Source: the human T2T-CHM13v2.0 reference genome, Homo sapiens
Reading direction: 5' to 3' (one strand)
NCBI RefSeq assembly: GCF_009914755.1
Contig: NC_060942.1
DNA length: 64,000 nucleotides
The notes under the pieces were generated by a model, which did no database searches, was not told the DNA's origin, and saw only the letters and a list, made by a program, of their open reading frames with translations. Below are positions 42,491-54,297 of the stretch, one piece after another. Positions within the stretch are counted from its first letter, which is position 1. Each line of letters begins with the position of its first letter. The position numbers were made by a program, and so were the translations under genes.

Positions 42491-43469
42491 TCAGGCATTC
42501 CCCCACAAACACAAAAACATGGAGGGGATCCAGGGAGGCAACTCCACCAATCATTTTGTTAAAACATGAAAGTTGCAAGGACCACTGCCCACCAACGAGG
42601 AGAAAGTTCTCGTCAATCATATTAACCACTATTATTTCAATGTGGAAAGTTTCATAGTGAATAAGAGTTTATGCAGTGCCTCTTTATCTCCTTAGATCTG
42701 AAAATAGTTAAGAAACTCCAGTAAAGGTTTATTTTTCTTTTGATCTTAGTCATATGAAATAAGCCATATGTAAGGCCATTCCCATCTGAGGGTTCACAAA
42801 TTTCCTCATCTAATGCAGTTCTGCCCAGGGAAGGCCGCATGAATTATTATATTAATGTAAAAATGGTAAACACCCTTTTAGTACAAAAGGACATGTAATC
42901 TGAAGTACTATTCTTTCCCTGTTTTCCATTTTCCAGAAGCGACTTTAACTTGGACTTGACAAGACAGGCAGTTCTTGGCCATCAAAGAAAGGAATGAGAA
43001 GCCAGGTGCACAACACACTTCTCACGGCACCCCCTGGGGAGCAGATCCTCCTGGGCGAGCAGAACCGACGCCAACTACCGGAGCAGCCCAGGACTGCGCT
43101 GGCCACAGAGGCCTCCCAGCAGGTCACAGGGGCTGAACGAGGCCTGGGCTTGGAGCGTGGCCCTCGAGGGGGCTGGCACGGGTTTGCAGCTGCTGCTGCA
43201 GTTTGAGTGTTTGGCCCCTTCCACCACCTATTTGTCAGACACCAGCCCCACCCTCGGGAAAGCACTCCCACTTCTCTGTCCGCACAGCAAACTTCTCTGG
43301 AGAAGCCTGAGTTCACATGTGGAGCCGCTGCCCCCGGATTCTGCACGGTGGGTCTCTTCCAGCCCCCTCTGCTCCCTTAGGCTGGGTGCCGTGGCCCCCA
43401 CCAGCCCCTGGGGTCCTGCTGTGGGTCACCTCTCAGGATGCGTGCTCTCACACCAGAATCCACGCTCCA

Positions 43470-43825
43470 TGCTATAGACAGAGCCGTGTTCCCCAAAGAG
43501 ATGTGTGGACGTCCTACCCACTGTGCCAGGGATGTGACTGTTTGGAAACAGGGCCATCAAATGCCATCAGTGAGTTAAGACGAGGCCACAGTGGAATGTC
43601 AGGTGAGTGGCCACTTCATGACACGAGGGAAATGTGGGTGCAGACACCAACACCCTGGGAAGACAGGGCTGGACTGAGGCTTCCGCAAGCCCCGGAGCCG
43701 GAGGACCAGAGCTGGGGGAGGCAGGGAAGGGTCCTCCCTGGAGCCTCCAGAAGGAGAACAGTGAGGATAAATTTCTGTGGTTTAGACCGTCTGGTCCATG
43801 GTGCTGGGCACAGCAGCCCCAGGCC
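43470..43825 (+). mobile_element. MaLR LTR (MLT1B/C-like)
   Basis: TGCTATAG...CCCCAAA...ATGTGACT..TTTGGAAACAGGG...AGTTAAGACGAGG...GAGGCAGGGAAGG...GAGCCTCCAGAAGGA...GTGAGGATAAATTTCTGTGGTTT. Confidence 0.75.
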
Positions 43826-44344
43826 CCTCATGCCCCACCATGGGCACTGGCACTCCTCTTGGCCCTCCTCTGGGAGCTGCATCCAGGCAGGGTCTGTGCA
43901 AAGGGACCACGGGACCACTCTCCCGTCCATAGTCACAGTGGCACTAGCAACACAGGCATTTGTGTCTGGATGTCTCTGTTCAGCCTCAGTCCCAGCTCCT
44001 GGGGAGGCTGGGGGGAGTCTCGGATAGTTAATGCCACACTCAGCGCAGAAGAGCCTCTGCCAGGACACGAGCACATGGAGTGACACGCTGCTGCCCCTCT
44101 CTCCAGGTTCCTAGGAGCTCACGCGGCTACCGCTCTCCAGCCCTCATGCACGTGGACCCTGGTGGGACAGACTGGTCTGTGCTGCTGCTCCACCACCTAG
44201 GCTCAAACCGCAGCCCCCACACCCCTCTCAGGATTCCCCGCCATGGGGTCAGCTCCTGAGGGCCCCGTTTGTGTCTGTCCACCCCTCAGCAGGTAGTCGG
44301 GCCGCACTGGTAAACAATTGCCAAACTGAGCCACAGCCCTTTGA

Positions 44345-44921
<577 letters not shown>

Positions 44922-46137
44922 AAAGACCCTCCATTCTAAGATGAGTGACATTTACAAGGATTCATGCAAACTGAGATGCTTAAATGAAAACGTGACTGTT
45001 CATGGTCCATGTCATTTTATGGCATCATTCTTCCTCCAAGTGGATGGAGTTTCTCCTAGGGCAGAACTCTTACTGCCTGACACCCCTGCCTCTCTGAGAG
45101 CAGGAAGGAAACCCATTGTTCACCTCCAGCCCTTTTCCATCTTCCTTATCTCAAGGTTTTGTGGGAGGTTGGAGTTTTTTTTTTTTCCGGATGGGGGAAG
45201 TGGGGGTGTACCACTCAGACCAGGAAAACACCGAGATACCTGCCTGGGTTTGCAGAGCCGTCTCACAAGACCTGAGTGTTCCCCAAAAATCAAAAGTCTG
45301 TGTCCTTAGAGGCTGCAAACTCCTCACTTCACTACCACATCCCACTGCTGCTGCCCACCTCAGGGTCTTGATGCTCATGGGGACCAAGAACACAGCTTTG
45401 GCCAGGTCAGCTCCCATTAGAGGAGGCCAGGACGCCCTGGAGAACACTCTCTTGGGAATACAGGGGCGGGAGCAAGGGCAGGGTCCCCTGGCACACCCCG
45501 ATGGTGCTGAGAGCATCCCACACTTTCCAGGAGATGTGCACACAAGACAACACGGTGCAGAAGGTGCCGCCTGGAGGCCCAGCCAAGCTCCGCTGCAAGA
45601 ACTAGTTTTGCAAACTAGACCACTCACCCTCCTTCCAAAGAGGGAAGTAAGGAACCCAGGAAGGACCGTGATTGGCCTGGGCTCTTGGGGCGAAGGTGTG
45701 ATTCAGCACAAGGCCCTTAGGAGCCCGTGGCCTCTGCTCTCCCACCCTTCCTCTGTTTGTTTCTACACTAACTTATTTTTTCTTTCTCTACAGAATGCAA
45801 ACAGTAGCAGATAGAAGGGCTTGGGATGCGGTGCCGTGGAAGGGAAAGTTGGGAATTTAAATCCAGGCCATCCAGAGCTGGTCCTGGTTCAGCCTGGTAA
45901 AGACAGATCACTTCCCTTTCCTGAGCCTCCATTTATTTATCTTAAATACAGACGGTGCTTGAGTCACGGATGTCCCGAACGTTCGAGCTCGAAGGAGCCT
46001 CAGCCATTGGGTGTCCCACCTGCCCACCGTTCACTCAGGAAGCCGAAGCCCAGAAGAGTGAGGTCTCAAAGTTCACAGCACGTGGCCTAGAATTCAGGGG
46101 TGCAGAGCTCCTGCTTGGTAACTCATCCCCTGTGCGG

Positions 46138-46708
46138 TGATGCTTCTGATCCCACAGCAATGCCTGCTTCTGCGAGGCTGGTCCAGGGCTGGAACGGAGC
46201 CCTGTGCCGTGATGCTTCCGATCCCACAGCAATGCCACGCTCCTCCAGAGCTGGAGCAGATTCCGATCCCACAGCAATGCCACGCTCCTCCAGGGCTGGA
46301 GCAGATTCTGATCCCACAGCAAGGCCGCGCTTCTCCAAGGCTGGAGCAGATTCTGATCCCACCGCAATGCCGCGCTTCTCCAAGACTGGAGCACATTCTG
46401 ATCCCACCGCAATGCCGCATTTCTCCAAGGCTGGAGCAGATTCCGATCCCACTGCAATGCCGCATTTCTCCAGGGCTGGAGCAGATTCCAATCCCACAGC
46501 AAGGCCGCGCTTCTCTAAGACTGGAGCAGATTCTGATCCCACCGCAATGCCGCACTTCTCCAAGGCTGGAGCAGATTCTGATCCCACAGCAATGCCGCAT
46601 TTCTCCAAGACTGGAGCAGATTCTGATCCCACAGCAATGCCGCATTTCTCCAAGGCTGGAGCAGATTCTGATCCCACCGCAATGCCGCATTTCTCCAGGG
46701 CTGGAGCG
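46138..46708. repeat. Minisatellite, 45-bp unit x11 plus a diverged upstream copy
   Basis: GATCCCACMGCAATGCCGCATTTCTCCAAGGCTGGAGCAGATTCT at 46220, 46265, 46310 ... 46670. Confidence 0.96.
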
Positions 46709-47787
46709 GAGCACACGCTGAGATGCATTTGGAGTCTTTGTGACCTAGTGTGGACTCCTCGCAAGATTAGTGAAGCATATTGATCCACGCATCTGGTGGA
46801 ATTTTCGGCACTGCCCTGCTGTATCCCCACCTGTGTCTTCACCATGATGGAACCCTGGACCCACATCCTACCTTCTTCAGTAAGAAGAGCTGCCAGCAGC
46901 AGGAGGCAGCCACGTGAGCAACGGATTTGCTGAGCCCATCCCACACCCGCAGGACTCCTTCCCGAGGTGCAGCCTCTGGAGTGGGCTCCCAGTCTCCTGA
47001 ACACCTGCTCACACTGTCTATTTAGCCCCCACAAGAAAAGAGATGAGGAACATCACAGTGAACGGAGGCCATCGTTGCAGCTCCTCTGCCCTCTGCTGAA
47101 AGCCCCTTGGCACCCAGGAGAGTTGCCAGGTCCACCTCTCCACCTTCCATTCCTTGGGTGTCCCTAGCAGGTTAGACATTAAAACAGACAGAGCATCTGG
47201 GGTAGGGGGGGTTCCTTCGCTGATACAAAAGTGCCACCAATACCACAGTCAGAGGCCCAGGGAAATGACCCCCAAGGATGGGGATGCCTGGGAGGAACCA
47301 AGTGGCTAAGGGCAGCATGCGGACGCTCCAGAGGGAACAGTGGACACCAGACAGGTTTGATTGGGGCAGGTGATTCCTCTACCCCTGGGGCAGCCACGCT
47401 GTGAAGAGAGGTGAGGCTGTGTCCACACAGAGGTGCAGGCGCTCCTACTCAGAAGAGGAAACACACTTTAGTGTGGGCCGCGGGGAGCTTTGTTCAAAAC
47501 AGTTCACAGCCATCTACTCAGAGGGGGAAACACACCAGTGTGGGCCACGGGGAGCTTTGTTTCAGTGTGGGCCGCAGGGAGTTTTTTGTTCAAAACAGTT
47601 CATAGCCTTCTCGTGTTTTTAATAATCTTCCAAATGTTTTAAGTCCAAGGTCTGGAGCTGCAGACAGTCTGTCAAATGTGCTTTGCACGCCCACCCAGTT
47701 GTGGAGAGACCCTCACACCCTCGGCTGAGCCAGGCCAAGGACTTTTGTTCCTTCTGCAGCGGGTTCACCAGGGGCACGGAGGCCTAG

Positions 47788-48076
47788 GGACCCTCCCCTA
47801 GGTCTGCGGTAACTTCCCAGGACCCTGCCCCCAGGGTCTATAGTAACCTCTCAGGATCCTTTTCCAGGGTCTGCCATAACCTCTCGGGCGCCTCCCCCAG
47901 CTCTGCAGTGACCTCTCGGTCACCTCTCCCAGGTCTGCGGTGACCTCTCGGGACCCTCCCCCAGGTCTGCGGTGACCTCTCGGGACCCTCCCCTAGGTCT
48001 GCGGTGACCTCTCAGGACCCTCCCCTAGGTTTGCGGTGACCTCTCGGGACCCTCCCCCAGGTCTGTATTAACCTCA
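47788..48076. repeat. Minisatellite, ~31-32-bp unit x~9
   Basis: GGACCCTCCCCYAGGTCTGCGGTGACCTCTCR repeated; more diverged toward the left. Confidence 0.9.
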
Positions 48077-48099
48077 AGAAAGGCTTTCCTTGTGTGTCT

Positions 48100-48893
48100 C
48101 ACCTCTGCTTCCCAGAGCTGCCACAACAAACCACGGTGTGTGCTGAAGCGAAAGCACCCAGGAGAGGCCAGGCTTCAGGTGCCCACAGAAAGCACCCAGG
48201 AGAAGCCAGACCTCCGGTGCCCACACAGCGCTGCCGGCTTCACTTTCAGGGCAGCATCCGATAAATCATGAGATCTTCAGCTCTTACTGTACAATCATAG
48301 GCTTCGCATTAGATGACCTTGCCCAACCGCAGGCTAACAGGAGCATTCTCAGCATGTTTAAGGCAGGCTGGGCTGAGCCATGATGCTGGGAAGATTCGGT
48401 GTATTAAATGCTTTTTCAACTTAATGATTTTTCAACCTACGGTGGGTTCCTCCGAACTTAACCCCATGGTAAGTCAAGGGGACTCTGTACCCAAACTGGG
48501 TGGCTTAAAACAACAGAAACGATTTCTCACACAGTTCTGAAACCCACAAGCCCCACATCAAGGTGTCATGGGCCCTGCCCCCTCTGGGGCTCCAGGGGAG
48601 AATCCTTCCTGCCTCCTCCATCTTCTGCTGGCCCCAGGTGTTCCTTGACTGTGGCTGCCTCTCCCGCTCCCTGGGTCTCTGTCCTCATCTTCACAGAGCC
48701 CTCCCTCTGCCTGCGCCTTCTCCTTTTCTTATGAGAACACTGGTCCTCAGATGCGGGGCCCACCCTAAGTCTAGGATGGTGTTGTCTTGAAATTCTTAAC
48801 TCATTAAATCTCCCAAAACCTTGTTTTCTAATAAAGTCATATTCTGAAGTTACAGGTGGACCTGAATTTGGAGGGGATACTGTTAAACAGCCA
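48100..48893 (-). mobile_element. MLT1C-like MaLR LTR, split by a MER47 insertion
   Basis: GCTGCCACAACAAA (~48117) resumes as CCAAACTGGGTGGCTTAAAACAACAGAAA...CAAGGTGTC...GGGGAGAATCCTTCCT...GGGCCCACCCTAA from 48490. Confidence 0.82.
48135..48489 (-). mobile_element. MER47A-like (Tigger family) DNA transposon relic
   Basis: TTCACTTTCAG...TTAGATGA..TTGCCCAAC...TTTAAGGCAGGCTGGGCT...GGTGTATTAAATGC...TAACCCCATGGTAAGTCAAGG...TCTGTA. Confidence 0.75.
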
Positions 48894-49009
48894 CAGGACT
48901 TAAGGAAGATTCTGCCCCCCAAGAGAGCTGTGTTCTGAGCTAATTTTCTTTCCCCCCACATCTAACTAGGAAGAGCATCTACCACTTGGCAATTCTCTGC
49001 CAGTTTCCA

Positions 49010-49165
49010 GGAACAGTGCTAAGCCGTTAGGTCTATCATCTCAGTTAATCCTCATGATAACCCCAAAAGGAGTCATCATCGCTCTTCTTTCATAGGGCAG
49101 AAAACCGAGGTTTAGAAAAGTTAAGCTACTAGTAAGTGGCAGAACAGGAACTTTAACCAGGCCTT
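49010..49165 (-). mobile_element. MIR fragment
   Basis: ATCTCAGTTAATCCTCA...AAACCGAGGTTTAGAAAAGTTAAG...CTAGTAAGTGGCAGAACAGGA. Confidence 0.7.
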
Positions 49166-50313
49166 CACCTCTGCAGCGGGCAGCCTCTCTTGGAATAGAA
49201 ATAAAGGAGACTCCCTGAAGAAGACCTAAGGGCTGAAAAGATGTCACCAGCCGCAAGAGATCCAGCGCCTGCGAGGTCCCTGGGAGGATGTCTGTCCCAG
49301 TCTGCAGTGGGCTAGATCCTGGCAATGGCTGAGGAGGGCCGTGGCGCCCCAGCCTGTGAAACTGTACTTCCTGGCCTTGTGTTTGAGATGACGGCTGCCT
49401 GATATGGCTAATGAATTTTACAATCGAAAGCTAAAGTGAATTAGCTGTAGCAGATGTTTTTACTCTGGGAACTACCAGACCTTTCTGGCCATTCATTTAT
49501 CCTTCAAGGGGATAAAACTTTCCCCCTCTATTATGTGTTGTCATTGGAGCATTGCACAACTTTATCAAACTTTTTATTCTGGAAACTGAATTAATTTTCT
49601 GCAAGGGGGTTTTTGTGTGGCTCTTTAATCACATTTACTGGGGAACATGTGTACGGAGGGCTGGAGAGCCGATTATGGCTTCCAGAAAGGCCACTTTCAA
49701 AAGGAGATTGCCCTCGCTCCCAAGGCCTCCATCTGAAGGTCCCTGGGTTTTGTGAAGAGGAAAAAATTAATTACTATTTTAATAACGAAGCCAGGCCTGC
49801 TGAAAATCCTCTTAGAGAGTAGCCGGGTGATGTAATGGCTCGCAGGGGGGATATTGAAAGCGCTGGCCACACAGCCTGCCCTGGCCTCCCTATTCATTCC
49901 CTGTAAGATGATACGGGCTGCCGGGTCACACATTAGGGAATTAAAAATATAATAATAACACTTGTTTCTTGGGAAGGGGAAAAGTTGTGATCCTGAGATA
50001 ACAGGTTGGCAGAAATTCACTCTCAGGCCTCCATCTTTGCCAGACGCTCCAAGCGGCGGGACAGGAAATTGGGGCCCTTCTCCCTCAGCAGGTTGGCTCC
50101 ACAAAGCCTCCAAATTCTGGCGGCCGCCGACAGATCACCCCCAGGACAGCAATGCATGAGCTCTCAGCAGTGCTGAGACATGGGGGACTCGGGGGTGCAA
50201 TGGGTGGCTCGTAGGCTCGTGTCTTTCCAGGACCCAGGAGAGGACGGGACTTGCATTCCAATCTTTAATCCTCCACACACATCGTCTTTCTGGCTTCTAA
50301 AAGAAAAAATTGA

Positions 50314-50676
<363 letters not shown>

Positions 50677-52067
50677 TGTTTTGTTTTATTTTTCCTGAAA
50701 AGTGAACATTTTGCACCAGAATTCTAACTTGGGGTGTTGTTATTGCTATTGTTAATTCTGCACTGTTTGTCTTCTTCACCAGGCAGTGGCCATGTCAGCA
50801 AAGTGAGGGCAGGATCTCAGCCAGCGAGTGCCGTGGAACTCAGATCCATGCGAGCTCCTGCCACACTCTCACCAATACAGATAAAAATGCTAATGCTTGG
50901 GAAGCAGGTGCAGAGACAGTAAGGCAGAGTCTGTTCTTCATGCGAGAGAGCCCACCACCAGCCGGCCTCTCTGTCCCATACCCGAGTTCCCCATCTTTTG
51001 CCTTTTTTCTCCTTACCACCTTTCCACTCGTCTCTTCTCCCCGCCTTTTCCTCTCCTGCCTCCATATTCAGAAAGCATGCCCCTGGTACCGGGTTCTGTC
51101 TGCACTCGGGTTGGAGGCAGTAAGTCCCCCGCCCTGAGAAACACACAGGACCAGGTACAGGACACGCGGAAGGTGGCACCCAGCCAAGGAGGGTTCTAAT
51201 TTTAGATCCATTCTCCCCAAGGAAGAAAGAAACTGCCAAAGATCACTGCAGTGTGTGTGTGTTGGGTGGGGGTGCGGGGTGTAAAACCTGCAAGGAAATG
51301 TACATCTGATCAAAGAATCCGGAAAGAATCCCAGGGCTGTAGGAAATGGCATATTGATGACTATCCTGTAAAATCACATGGAAGCAAACTGTATAAATAA
51401 ATGAGTGAGCACCATCTCAAAATGTTTTTCAGAAAGTCAGAAATGGAGGGTTCACTGCAAAGAGAGACCTACGAATAACAGAGAAGGGCACCTGAAATGG
51501 CAACACATGCAGATGCTGATGTCATAAACATGCCGATTACTTTAAAGCAACAACGGATGTGCATGTGAAACATCCATAGCACCCCAGGCGAGGGTGGACG
51601 TCAGTCTGCACGGCTGTGGCCTTTGTCTGAGGGCAACTTGCATGGCTTTTCTGCTCTCCATTCCCGTCGGGAGCCCCAACCGGCATCGGGGTGCTCAAGG
51701 CTGTGGATGTGGATGAGTTGCACAATGGAACATGAGCACAGCAGCCTCGATTTTGGATGCAGTCACCAGTGGCAAACACAGGAGCAGGGAATGAAATCAT
51801 TAACTTGTGCAAAGCAAAGGGGACCTGGATGGAGCTGAGACGCCTCCAGTGCCAGCTTGCAATCAGGAGGGGCTTCAGCTCCTTGTTAGGGACAGGACAG
51901 GGTGGGCAGTGAACTTACCTGTTAGTGGGAAAGTGTCAAGGGCAAGCCCACAGCTCTGATGATGGCCTCCTTACAAGCAAACAAAACAAACCACCCTCCC
52001 AGGCCTCAATCTCCACTCGTAACTTTAGAAGGATCCTGGTCTCCTTCCTGACCTGCATGGGTTAGAG

Positions 52068-52570
52068 CAGGTGTCCCCAGCACCCGGACCATGGACCAAA
52101 GCTGGGCCACACAGCAGGAGGAGAGCCATGGGCAGGCTAGTGAGCAAAGCTTCATCTGTATTTACAGCTGCTCCCCATCCCTCCATCACCCGCCGAGCTC
52201 CGTCTCCTGTCAGATCAGGGACAGCCTCGGATTCTAATAGGAGCGCGAGTCCTGCTGTGGCCTGCGCATGCGAGGGGTCCAGGCTGCGTGCTCCTCATGA
52301 GAATCTAATGCCTGATGACCTGTTACTGCCTCCCATTACCCCCAGATGGGACCGTCTAGGTGCAGGAAAACAATCTCAGGCCTCCCACTGGTTCTATGTT
52401 ATGATGAGTTATAGAATTATTTTATTACGTATTAGAGTGTAATAATAGAAAGAGAGTGCACAATAAATGTAATGAGCTCACTTCATCCTCAAACCACCCC
52501 CACCCTCATCCATGGAAAAACTGTCTTCCATAAAACCAGTCCCTGGTGCCAAAAAGGTTGGGGGCCGCTG
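52068..52570 (+). mobile_element. MER1A (hAT-Charlie), near full length with 8-bp TSD
   Basis: CAGG..TCCCCA start, CCCTGGTGCCAAAAAGGTTGGGGGCCGCTG end; GGTTAGAG at 52060-52067 and 52571-52578. Confidence 0.92.
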
Positions 52571-53992
52571 GGTTAGAGGCCACTCTCCCTCTTGGTGAGT
52601 GTCAGTGTGCACTTAGTTGTTTGAGAAATTTCTGATGAATCTCTTAACCACCCCATCAGATAATTCAACTAGATTTCACCCTGCAAGATAGGTGTCTAAA
52701 CACAAATATACACATAGACAAAGCTTAGAAGGAATCCTACCATTCCCTTGTTCTTTATCTGCCATTTTAAAATTACTATTGCTGTGGTTCATGACTTTTT
52801 TAATTAAATAAAATTGAAAAGTGATGGCTATGTTTTATATTTACAGGAATAAAATTTGGAGACTGGCCACTGTCATTGTGCAACATCGGGCTCTGGCCCC
52901 CAGAGCCCCTTCTCTGTATGAAGTCTTGTGTGCTTTTTAAAGTAGAGGTCAGAACGCGCCCGCCCACTCCCTGGAGGCCTCATGCGGCTATTTCACCTAC
53001 CCCGAGTGGTCGGCCCATTCCCAGAGAGCAGTTCACACAGGAAGCACCGTCTGCCCTGAGAACACTCACACGTGGGAAGGAAACCCCAAGGACATGGGGC
53101 ATCTGGCGTCCTCAGTCCCTTCTCTGCTCACGGTCCTGCCTCACTGCTCCTTCTCCCGTCCCTTCCTGATGCCCTACTTCCTGCAAAGTGAAAACTGTCA
53201 GAGCCTCATTCGCAAGGCAGCTCGCCTTGCGAAGGCGGGAGTGGGGGTGTTGCGGGGTTGGGAGGGAAGGGGGTGGAAATGGACAAACAGAGAGAGGATT
53301 TTTAATGCAGTGGTTTCTACCGTTGGGATGGTAAAGCCATCCAAACAACAAAATACCCCCTAATTCCCACCCATGGAACCAGCACATTGCTCTGTTTCCC
53401 ATGGCAGTCAATGGGGCGCACCACCCCCGTCCGGACACACTCCCCTCCTCATGTGCCTACTGCTCCGACCGGGGGTGTGGGCATTGCATCCTCTCCTGAA
53501 GATGGGTTTCTGAAGACGGGCGCCAGAGCAGATGACCTGGAGGAAAGGCCAGGCAGCAGCAGGAGTGAGGCCCACGTCACCACAGGGCACTCAGTGGACG
53601 CTGGGCCTGGACGCCCAGCCCAGCTAGCCAGGAGCATAGCCCCCGAAGAAGAAGAAGGGAGGGCAGCCAGCTTGCCTGTCTGGCAAACTCGGTCGCTGCC
53701 CAGTGGCTTGACAAGTCACCACGCTGTTCAGATTTTGGAAGCTCGTTCATCTCTAGGTGAGGAATAGAATACACTCAATCCAGTCTACTGACAGCAAGTG
53801 CCCAGGGCACCCCCCTCCAGGGGCCCCGAACCACCACAGCAAGCCTTTGTGGAGATGGCGAGGTGGCCCCCACATCAGACAGATGGGGTCTCAGACTGGG
53901 AGGGCGAGGCAGGCACAGTTTCCCCACTGGTGGACGACGCATCCATCACTCCACAGAATCAGAGCCCAAAGCCCGGCTCCGGGGCCTCTGAG

Positions 53993-54297
53993 CAGGGTTC
54001 ACCCACCATGGCCACAGCCAAACCCACCTACCACTGACTTTTGTACAAGCCACGAGCGAAGAATGACTTTTACATTTTTAAACACATGGAAATATGAAGG
54101 GAAGAAGAATATGTCATGATGTGGAAATCTCACCAGTTCAGAATCCAGCTGCACAGATGACGTCCTGTTGGCTGCATCGCACGTAGCGGCTGTCTCTGCT
54201 CTGAGGCAGAGGTGAGTGGCTGTAGCCGAGGCCACAGGTCCGGCCATGGCCACATCCAAGCTCTTCAGCCCTTTACAGAAAGAGGGTGCTGACCCTT
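53993..54297 (+). mobile_element. MER58B-like hAT relic
   Basis: CAGGGT...ATGGCC...GCCAAA...TTTTGTAC...AGAATGACTTTTACATTTTTAAA...GGCAGAG...CCCTTTACAGAAA...TGCTGACCC. Confidence 0.72.

Noticed and set aside
46035-47034. 15-aa-repeat ORFs on both strands
   Set aside because: The 45-bp unit is a multiple of 3 and open in most frames; no frame preference or homology
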